A stretch of 64,000 bases of DNA from NCBI GenBank assembly GCA_001767195.1, contig MEKU01000007.1:53488-117487 (forward strand), in the 5' to 3' direction. This document shows positions 57,549 through 64,000 of the stretch, piece after piece (positions within the stretch are counted from its first letter, which is position 1; every line of letters starts with the position of its first letter). The notes under the pieces are model-generated. The model ran no database searches, had not been told where the DNA came from, and worked only from the letters and a program-made list of their open reading frames with translations. A program made the translations under genes and the position numbers. Origin of the DNA: Acidobacteria bacterium RIFCSPLOWO2_02_FULL_67_21 (GTDB taxonomy: Bacteria > Acidobacteriota > Vicinamibacteria > Vicinamibacterales > UBA2999).

Positions 57549-58466
57549 ATGAGATCCTCAAGCTCAGCTCTCACGGGTGGTGCGTGTGCCGTCGTCGCGA
57601 TCGCTGTTCTGGGGGGAGGCACGCTGTCAGCCCAGTTGCCGCCACTCTCGCCCGCGCACCTCAATCCTGCCGTTGAAAAGCTGGCCTCGGGAAGGCCGAT
57701 CTACGGTCTCCTGACGCAGGACCTGTCGCGGGAGAATGCCCGGACGGTCGGCCGCCGCGACACCGACTTCATCTTCATCGACATGGAGCACTCGCCGTTC
57801 AACCTGGAGGCGCTGGCCAACTTCGTGGCGGCGATGCAGGACAAGGCCTACACCGTCAGGAATGGCGTGCGGCCGCGATCGGCGCTCTTCGTGCGCATGC
57901 CTCCGTACGCGGCGGAGAACGCCACATGGGTGGTCAAGCAGGCACTCGACATTGGCGTGATGGGATTCGTGTTCAACACCGTCGAGACGAAGGAGCAGGC
58001 AGAAGCCGCAGTGAAGAGCATGCGGTACCCGCCGTGGAAGGCGTTTCCCAATACGCACAAGGGGCCGGTGGGCATCCGTGGCTGGTCGCCGGGCGGAGCC
58101 GTGTGGGCGTGGGGTGTCGAGACGGAGGAGTACCGCCGCCGCGCCGACGTCTGGCCGCTCAATCCTGAGGGCGACCTGATGGCGATCATGATCATCGAGA
58201 CGGCGGAGGGCGTGAAGAACGTCGACGCGATCGCGCAGGTGCCGGGCGTGACCGCGCTTAGCGCGGCCGCCGGCGGCGACCTGTCCTCGTCCTTCGGTGT
58301 GCCCGCGAACGCGCCCGAAGTGGAAGCCGCCCGGCAGTCCATTCTGCGAGCCTGCCTGAAGCACAACGTCGTGTGCTGGATTTCTCCGACCAACAAAGCC
58401 GATCTCGATCGCCGGATGAAGGAAGGGTGGCGGATGTTCCGGACGTCGAACGGGTTGCCGGAGTAG
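57549..58466 (+). CDS. HpcH/HpaI aldolase/citrate-lyase family protein with a signal-peptide-like N-terminus
   Basis: DFIFIDMEHSPF, VRMP, MAIMIIETAEGVKNVDAI and GGDLS motifs. Confidence 0.7.
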   Translation: MRSSSSALTGGACAVVAIAVLGGGTLSAQLPPLSPAHLNPAVEKLASGRPIYGLLTQDLSRENARTVGRRDTDFIFIDMEHSPFNLEALANFVAAMQDKAYTVRNGVRPRSALFVRMPPYAAENATWVVKQALDIGVMGFVFNTVETKEQAEAAVKSMRYPPWKAFPNTHKGPVGIRGWSPGGAVWAWGVETEEYRRRADVWPLNPEGDLMAIMIIETAEGVKNVDAIAQVPGVTALSAAAGGDLSSSFGVPANAPEVEAARQSILRACLKHNVVCWISPTNKADLDRRMKEGWRMFRTSNGLPE

Positions 58467-58470
58467 GCCG

Positions 58471-59757
58471 CTACGGCAACGGCACGAAGCCGACCCAGAA
58501 TAGCGACCGGTCGGGCTCTCCGGTGGGCACGTCGTACTTGCGCACGAACTGCAGCCTGCCGTCGGTGCCGATGCGGAAGACGCTCATGCCGGCAGGGACT
58601 GTCCGCACTTCCCGGGCCTTCTCGTCATAGACGTTGAACTCGTTCTGGTTGCCGACGACGAGCATTCGGCCGCTCGGATGGACGGCGAACGAGCGCGGCC
58701 GAATTCCGTGCGCATCGGCGTTCTGGATGAGCGTGGGCTCGCCGGTGCTCTGATCGATCGCAAAGACCGCGATATTGTTCTCTCCCCCGACGAGCACCGG
58801 CTGGCCATTCCTCTGCGTGACCGCCGTTGCGCGGTTGCCGACGTACGCGAACCTGCCGTTGGGATGCAGATGGACGGCAGATGCCGCCTGCATGGGGCGG
58901 ACGTTGGTGGGATCCGCCAATGTGTTCTTTCGGAAGAGCGCCGGCTCATCGACCGAACCGTTCCTGATCCTGTAGACCTCCAGCTGTCCCTGCCGCTCCA
59001 GCGTCAGGAAGAGCCATGGCTGGTCGCGATGGAACGCGACATCCCGCGGCTGGAAGTTGAAGCCCTGGTTCGGCGCGATCGACGTCAGATTCGACAGGAC
59101 ACCGTCTTTGTAGGCAAGAATCTTCAGCGCGCCCGGATCCTCCGGCCTGTCGGGCTGCGGACCGTTGCCGCGGGTGACCAGGGCCACGAACCGGCCCGAC
59201 GGATCCGTCTGCACGTGATGCGCATAGGTTCCCAGATCCAATCGCCCGGAGGCCGGCACTTCCCGGCCAACGGTTCCGTCAGGCTCGATTGTGTGCACCG
59301 TCACGCCGCTCGGGACGCTATAAGCGACCAGCACATGCCTGCCGCGAGGATCGACCGACAGCTGGATCGGGCGTGCGTTGAGCCCAACAGGCCGGCCGTG
59401 AGGCTCGAGGGCGCCCGAGGCACCCACACGGAACGCACTCAGGCCATGGCTGTCGCCCGACGGCCAGTTGCCCGTCCGCGTACCGACATAGCTCGCGCCG
59501 CCGTTGCTCCAGATGACATACAGGTACTTCCTGGACGGGTGAGGCCATGCGTACTGAGGGTTCGCCGGCAGCGTCACCGTGCCCCGCCGTGTCAACGTCA
59601 TGCTGTCCGTGTCCACGGCGTACTGGGTCAGCTCATTCCCAACAACGGCGTAGAGGGCCGAGCGGACCGGAGCCGGGACCGCAGCCCCCTCCTGCGCCAG
59701 CCCCGAGATGGCGGCGAGCATCCAGACCAGGAGCGCCAATGCCTTGGTTCTCATCAT
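58471..59757 (-). CDS. Lactonase-type 7-bladed beta-propeller protein, secreted
   Basis: Signal peptide MMRTKALALLVWMLAAISGLAQ and repeated propeller blades (HP.GR..YV.N, FAV.PSGR). Confidence 0.65.
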   Translation of the reverse strand: MMRTKALALLVWMLAAISGLAQEGAAVPAPVRSALYAVVGNELTQYAVDTDSMTLTRRGTVTLPANPQYAWPHPSRKYLYVIWSNGGASYVGTRTGNWPSGDSHGLSAFRVGASGALEPHGRPVGLNARPIQLSVDPRGRHVLVAYSVPSGVTVHTIEPDGTVGREVPASGRLDLGTYAHHVQTDPSGRFVALVTRGNGPQPDRPEDPGALKILAYKDGVLSNLTSIAPNQGFNFQPRDVAFHRDQPWLFLTLERQGQLEVYRIRNGSVDEPALFRKNTLADPTNVRPMQAASAVHLHPNGRFAYVGNRATAVTQRNGQPVLVGGENNIAVFAIDQSTGEPTLIQNADAHGIRPRSFAVHPSGRMLVVGNQNEFNVYDEKAREVRTVPAGMSVFRIGTDGRLQFVRKYDVPTGEPDRSLFWVGFVPLP

Positions 59758-59851
59758 CCCCTCCCACGGACCGAACGGTCCCCTGCGTACCTTACACTCG
59801 TAACCGCCTGCGGACCAGGGCCCCTCGATGCGCACACAGAGGAGAACGACC

Positions 59852-60808
59852 ATGCCACGACTGAATGTCGCCATTGTGACGCTGTTGCTTGTCGGCCTTG
59901 GCAGCGCGTCGGCCAGCGCCCAGAGCTGGCGACCGCCCGCTGATGCCGAACGCTGTCCCTCGCGATGGGGTCCAGCCGACGAGCGCGGAGCCGCGAATCT
60001 GATGACCGCCGAGGTCGTTCTGCGCGCCGCGCGGCTGATCGGGGCCGGCGAGGTGGTCGAGCTGGGCCATCCCCTCTTCGAGGGGATGCCATTCTATGGC
60101 GACCGCATCTTCAGCCAGCAGTTGAAGCGGACCACCTGGCCGCGCGGATCGAACAACCGCGGCTCGAACGAGGAGATGGTCACGACGGAGCTTGGCCAGG
60201 TCGGCACCCAGATTGACGGCTTCGGCCATCAATCGATTGGCAACGGTCTGTATAACTGCGTCCAGATGGACGCAGTCGCCACACGAACCGGTTTCTCCAG
60301 GCTGGGCATCGAGAAGGCGGGCGCCCTGATGACCCGCGGCGTGCTCATCGACGTCGCGGCGCTGCGCGGGGTCGAGATGCTGGGCGATCAGTACGAGATC
60401 ACGGCCCGGGATCTCGAGGACGCGCTCGATCGGCAGAAGCTCACGCTCCAGGCGGGCGACGCCGTCATCATCCACACCGGATTCGGCCGTCTGTGGGGAA
60501 CGGACAACGTCCGCTACTACCGGACGCAGCCCGGGCTCGGCATCGGAGCCGCCGAGTGGCTCGTGCGACAGAATCCGATGATCGTCGCTTCGGATACCTG
60601 CTGCGTCGAGGTCAATCCGAACCCCGAGCCGAACCTGAGCTCACCGGTCCACCAGATCCTGCTGGTGGCGAACGGCATCTACCTGATCGAGAGCCTCAAG
60701 CTCGATGAGCTCGTCCAGAAGCGCATCCACGAGTTCGCCTTCATCGTGCAGCCGCTCAAGCTCAGAGGAGCGACCGGCTCGACGGTGGCCCCCATCGCCG
60801 TGCGATAA
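59852..60808 (+). CDS. Cyclase family protein (kynurenine-formamidase-like fold), secreted
   Basis: AGGAGA SD, a signal peptide, GTQIDGFGH and a cyclase-like C-terminus. Confidence 0.7.
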   Translation: MPRLNVAIVTLLLVGLGSASASAQSWRPPADAERCPSRWGPADERGAANLMTAEVVLRAARLIGAGEVVELGHPLFEGMPFYGDRIFSQQLKRTTWPRGSNNRGSNEEMVTTELGQVGTQIDGFGHQSIGNGLYNCVQMDAVATRTGFSRLGIEKAGALMTRGVLIDVAALRGVEMLGDQYEITARDLEDALDRQKLTLQAGDAVIIHTGFGRLWGTDNVRYYRTQPGLGIGAAEWLVRQNPMIVASDTCCVEVNPNPEPNLSSPVHQILLVANGIYLIESLKLDELVQKRIHEFAFIVQPLKLRGATGSTVAPIAVR

Positions 60809-61051
60809 CCATTCGCCACGCGCCCCGACTCTCAGCGTCCGGGCGGATTCAATCGGAATCGAAGCCTGACAACCGTGTCGTCCCCGCACCTCATATTCAA
60901 GCCTCGTTGCACGGGCGTCACGGCGTCGCCGCCTGGCCGTCTGACTTTTCTGGCAGCTCCACGCCACGATCAAGAGGACAGCCACAGCGAACCTTGGAAC
61001 GGTGTGAGTCCCATGGTGCCGCATGGTCGTATCCTTTCCTGCAAAGCGCCG

Positions 61052-61798
61052 TCAGCGATCAGGGCTGGGACTTGCCCCGCGGATCCATGGCTTCAGCTCG
61101 AAGATCAGCTCGCGGACAAACGGTTCAATCGTGTCCTGAAGCTCAAGCCCGTAGCCGCGGTATTGCCGTTCCTGCATCCCTTGAGGGCTGGCGTTCCGGA
61201 AGTTGTCACCAGAGACCAGAAAATAGTTCTGCCTGGGGGCGATGTGGATCGTGTAAATGCCACCGATCTCTCCCGAGTCGACGAGGACCACCTTGCACTC
61301 GAACTGCCACCCACTGAGCGGGAATGCGCCGGACTCCAATCGACCGGTCACCTTATCCTTCACGCGCGAGTACTGGTCGGTGTTGTAGGAACGTTCGGAG
61401 ATAGAAACGATTTCCAGAATCAACTGCGCGTTGACTTTTTCTTGAATCAGGCGATAGTCGAGATCCTGATTTGACCGCAGCACGGCCTCCAAGAGACCGC
61501 GGTCGCGAACGGTGAAACCGGCTTTGACGAGCTCCCGTTCGATGAGGTTGTACGCCTGATTCATTGCCGTATCACCCTGCGCCTTCTGCGCCTCCGTCAC
61601 TTGACTCTGCGGCGTTGGCACTCGCAGGACGATCGTCGGCGTCCCCACCGATCGCATGAAGGTCTGAAGTGACGGCTGGCTGACCGGCTCAGGACCTGGG
61701 ATCTCAGGGGGCGCCACGACAAGAGCCCAGCATCCGGAAACGGCCACGGCCATGCCCAAGAGACACACCAACGCCGTTCGTTGACGCATGCGCGACAA
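61052..61798 (-). CDS. Hypothetical lipoprotein in a lower-GC segment
   Basis: Lipobox AVAVSGC. The segment LIERELVKAGFTVRDRGLLEAVLRSNQ is reminiscent of CsgG/LpoB-type lipoproteins (weak). Confidence 0.55.
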   Translation of the reverse strand: MSRMRQRTALVCLLGMAVAVSGCWALVVAPPEIPGPEPVSQPSLQTFMRSVGTPTIVLRVPTPQSQVTEAQKAQGDTAMNQAYNLIERELVKAGFTVRDRGLLEAVLRSNQDLDYRLIQEKVNAQLILEIVSISERSYNTDQYSRVKDKVTGRLESGAFPLSGWQFECKVVLVDSGEIGGIYTIHIAPRQNYFLVSGDNFRNASPQGMQERQYRGYGLELQDTIEPFVRELIFELKPWIRGASPSPDR

Positions 61799-61834
61799 AA
61801 TTGTAATAAGTATACCTCAGCCTATGGGGCGCTC

Positions 61835-62336
61835 ACCGCGTACTCACCATACGTGCGATCGGCTCTCTGCGAGATCTTCCCGGAGGGCCGGGGGTTATCT
61901 CGGCTCCCCTGTACCGTATTGAGCGTGACCCTGCCGCCCCCTGCCCCAGCTGCTCGCCCGGACACACTGCAAGCCGGCTGTTGTCCCTCTTCGACCAGGA
62001 GAACGTGCTTTTGCGGCGCTTGAAGCCACGCTGCGCCTGTACCGCGAGTCGGCCTGCATCGCGCAGGACGTTCCGGCGCTCAACGCCCCTCACGCGATCG
62101 CTGGCGGCGATCGAAGACACGGCTCTATACCAACCAGGATCCTCGTCGTCGACCACGACTTCATGGGGGCGCACCGCATTGCGATGCGCTTCAGGCAGGC
62201 ACGGCCGCCCATTATCGGCCGCATCAAGGACGATTGGTTCGTCCTTGACGCGCGCACGATTTTCGATCCTCTGGATCTGGCCCGAATTGGTCTGAAGTAT
62301 TCGACGGCCCCTCGCCGATACTGCCCTGTGCTCTAG
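61835..62336 (+). pseudogene. selA: Relic of selA (L-seryl-tRNA(Sec) selenium transferase), 3' third only, with a frameshift and an internal deletion
   Basis: Frame-0 translation ...[15 protein letters not shown]...[15 protein letters not shown]...[35 protein letters not shown] matches my recollection of the SelA C-terminus ([23 protein letters not shown].LDLR). Upstream, in another frame, is SLRDLPGGPGVI (compare SGDKLLGGPQAGII). Confidence 0.6.
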
Positions 62337-62707
62337 GGCGACGTGCCGTCGCAGGCCTCGTTCTCGGTGACGAAGTCATCCGCGTGCGATGCATGTGCCA
62401 TGCAGGCCCCGACGCTCAGGTGCAGCAGCACGTGGGGTTTCCGCGAAGACCCCGTTGCATGGCACACCGCGACCTTGTCGCCGCTGGCGAAATAGAGGCA
62501 CTGCTCATCCGCCAACGACTGGCTGCCGCCCTCTACCGCACTCGACGCCGGGCTCAGGAGTCCGGTTGTGGGCGAAGAGGCCCTGGGGCCGCCGGCCACC
62601 GGACCGGCTTGCAGGAGAACGGCGACGACCGACACGATCGCGGCCAGGCCCCAAGCGGTTTGTCTCATCATCCTTCCTTTCGCGCCCGCGCTCCGGCGCG
62701 GACTCAC
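62333..62707 (-). CDS. Small secreted protein with a C-terminal CH.TGS....H....V...A...H..H motif
   Basis: Signal peptide (likely start ATG 62671, MMRQTAWGLAAIV...). VAVCHATGSSRKPHVLLHLSVGACMAHASHADDF. Confidence 0.5.
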   Translation of the reverse strand: MSPRRSAGAKGRMMRQTAWGLAAIVSVVAVLLQAGPVAGGPRASSPTTGLLSPASSAVEGGSQSLADEQCLYFASGDKVAVCHATGSSRKPHVLLHLSVGACMAHASHADDFVTENEACDGTSP

Positions 62708-62738
62708 GTCGGTACCGTTACGGTGTCCTCTAATCTGA

Positions 62739-64000
62739 CTAATGGATCTGGATATTCCCGCTCCGGATTATCCCTCCATCGTTTGAAACGCCCGGAACGG
62801 AAATCGCCAAGGCGTCGGCTGTCCCCGATTCGCCCTCATCGGTCACGCTGACCGTGAACGTGCAGGGAGCGCCGTTGCTGGTGCAGGTGCCCTTGAAGGT
62901 GGCTGCGTTGCCGCTCACGGCCAGCGAGGCGAACGACACGCTGCTGACCCTCGCGCCGCTCGCGCGATCGACGTACTGCAGGTTTCCGCGGACCGGGCCG
63001 CTCGCTGATTCTGATTCGACGATGAACCCGAAGCTCGCGACGCCGCCGGCCGCGGTGCGAATCGTACCGCCGCCCGTGGTCTTGCCGGCGGTCGTCGACG
63101 GCGGCGCCGGGAGGTCGGCGATCTTCGCGACGAACGCGTCTCCGTCGCCCGCCGGCTCTGTCTGGAACGCGCCGGTGGTCGCCGGAAAATCCGGGCCGTT
63201 CGCGATGCCCACGACATACGCGTTCGGGCTTGGCAGGGCGTCCACCGCGATACCGTTGGCCTGCTCCACGTACGCGCCGCCCAGATACGTCGAGTACCCC
63301 AGCCCCGAGCCCGACGGACTCACCTTCGTCACAAACGCGTCGCCCGCACCGGCGTAGATCTCCTGAAAGCTCCCTGACGTCGTCGGGAAGTCCGCCGACC
63401 CTGTATAACCGGTCACGTATGCCTGACCGGCCGCGTCCACCGCAATGCCGAACCCGCTGTCCGTATCATTGCCGCCAAGATAGGTCGAGTAGAAGAGCAC
63501 GGGATCGATGATCAGCGGCCGCTGCGCATCGTACGCGGCGATCTGAAAGCCAACCTGATGGCCGTCCGCGAGCACATAGCCCCCGGCCACTTCCCTTCGA
63601 GCGCCATCCACCTCCTGATACACCGTCGGCTTCTGCATCCGGAGTGTGTCCCCGCCGATCAGGATGGCGAGATCGCCGTCCTGCTCCAGGTGCAGGCCGT
63701 CCGCTCCTTCGAACGCCAGCGCGATCCGCGTGGCGTCCGCGCCGGGCGCGACCACGAAGTCGTACTCGAGGTTGCGGCCATGTCCGTAGTAGACAAGATC
63801 GACCCCGGGATAGATGTCCTGATACTGGACGCTGGCAAACGTCCGCACGCCGGTGTGCCAGCGCGCCGGGTCGTTGCCGATGTAGTAATTCGCTCTCGCC
63901 GGCAGTTCTTCACGCCCGGCGCCGCGCGCCGCAGGATCGGCGCCGACGAACGCCATGCGCAGGACCGCGCCGGTGTAGCGCTGGTGCCCCCCTGCGTGAC
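62739..64000 (-). CDS. SBBP (beta-propeller) repeat protein, 5'-truncated by the window end
   Basis: FVGADP...NYYIGNDPARWHTGVRTFASVQYQDIYPGVDLVYYGHGRNLEYDFVVAPGAD followed by repeated STYLGG...A.GIAVD..G.AYVTG....DFPTT.G blocks. The frame stays open to nt 64000. Confidence 0.75.
   Translation of the reverse strand, partial: HAGGHQRYTGAVLRMAFVGADPAARGAGREELPARANYYIGNDPARWHTGVRTFASVQYQDIYPGVDLVYYGHGRNLEYDFVVAPGADATRIALAFEGADGLHLEQDGDLAILIGGDTLRMQKPTVYQEVDGARREVAGGYVLADGHQVGFQIAAYDAQRPLIIDPVLFYSTYLGGNDTDSGFGIAVDAAGQAYVTGYTGSADFPTTSGSFQEIYAGAGDAFVTKVSPSGSGLGYSTYLGGAYVEQANGIAVDALPSPNAYVVGIANGPDFPATTGAFQTEPAGDGDAFVAKIADLPAPPSTTAGKTTGGGTIRTAAGGVASFGFIVESESASGPVRGNLQYVDRASGARVSSVSFASLAVSGNAATFKGTCTSNGAPCTFTVSVTDEGESGTADALAISVPGVSNDGGIIRSGNIQIH

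Noticed and set aside
60809-61051. A possible tRNA-Sec or other small RNA in the 240-nt convergent gap next to the selA relic
   Set aside because: I read both strands looking for a T-arm (GGTTCGANTCC-like), a UCA anticodon loop and an acceptor stem. I found only fragmentary resemblances (TTCGATTCC without pairing stems), so no cloverleaf could be built by eye. A tRNAscan or Infernal run would be needed to be sure.

Overview
This is a gene-dense, very GC-rich chromosomal segment (high G+C judged by eye, not computed). It most resembles an Acidobacteriota genome: a TIGR03436-like VWFA protein, a CarboxypepD_reg-type TonB-dependent receptor and a TPR/SLH lipoprotein are present. I call about 60 protein-coding genes on both strands. 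From the left they are an exopolysaccharide/glycosyltransferase block (1-4049), then pgsA, hflX, glpX, an acyl-CoA dehydrogenase, a bactofilin, a disrupted nifS/iscS-like gene coupled to mnmA, trxB-trxA, glgA, an orphan fdhE-like gene, a LysM D-Ala-D-Ala carboxypeptidase and a LysR regulator. Next come rpiB, a receiver-hemE-hemY block, arginase, pepF, a Zn-peptidase-like plus ATP-grasp pair, a dihaem cytochrome c, two MFS transporters, thrC, an SLC13 permease, an rpoZ-like gene and an RRM RNA-binding protein. The window ends with three signal-peptide-bearing enzymes and a partial SBBP-repeat protein. I recognised no rRNA, tRNA, CRISPR array, transposase or integrase. The best candidate for something undescribed is a reiterated two-gene cassette at 38.4-44.9 kb. 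It pairs an unassigned secreted ~280-aa protein with a TonB-dependent receptor, present as three protein paralogs, one intact receptor and one receptor relic. Four decayed genes are visible: a cysteine desulfurase, a DNA methyltransferase, the TonB-receptor relic and a selA relic. Intergenic DNA carries several families of short hairpin repeats, each built from tandem 6-9 nt units and their complements. Many long ORFs in the six-frame track are antisense artefacts of the high GC content and were not called. All family assignments rest on motif recognition from memory. No searches were run.
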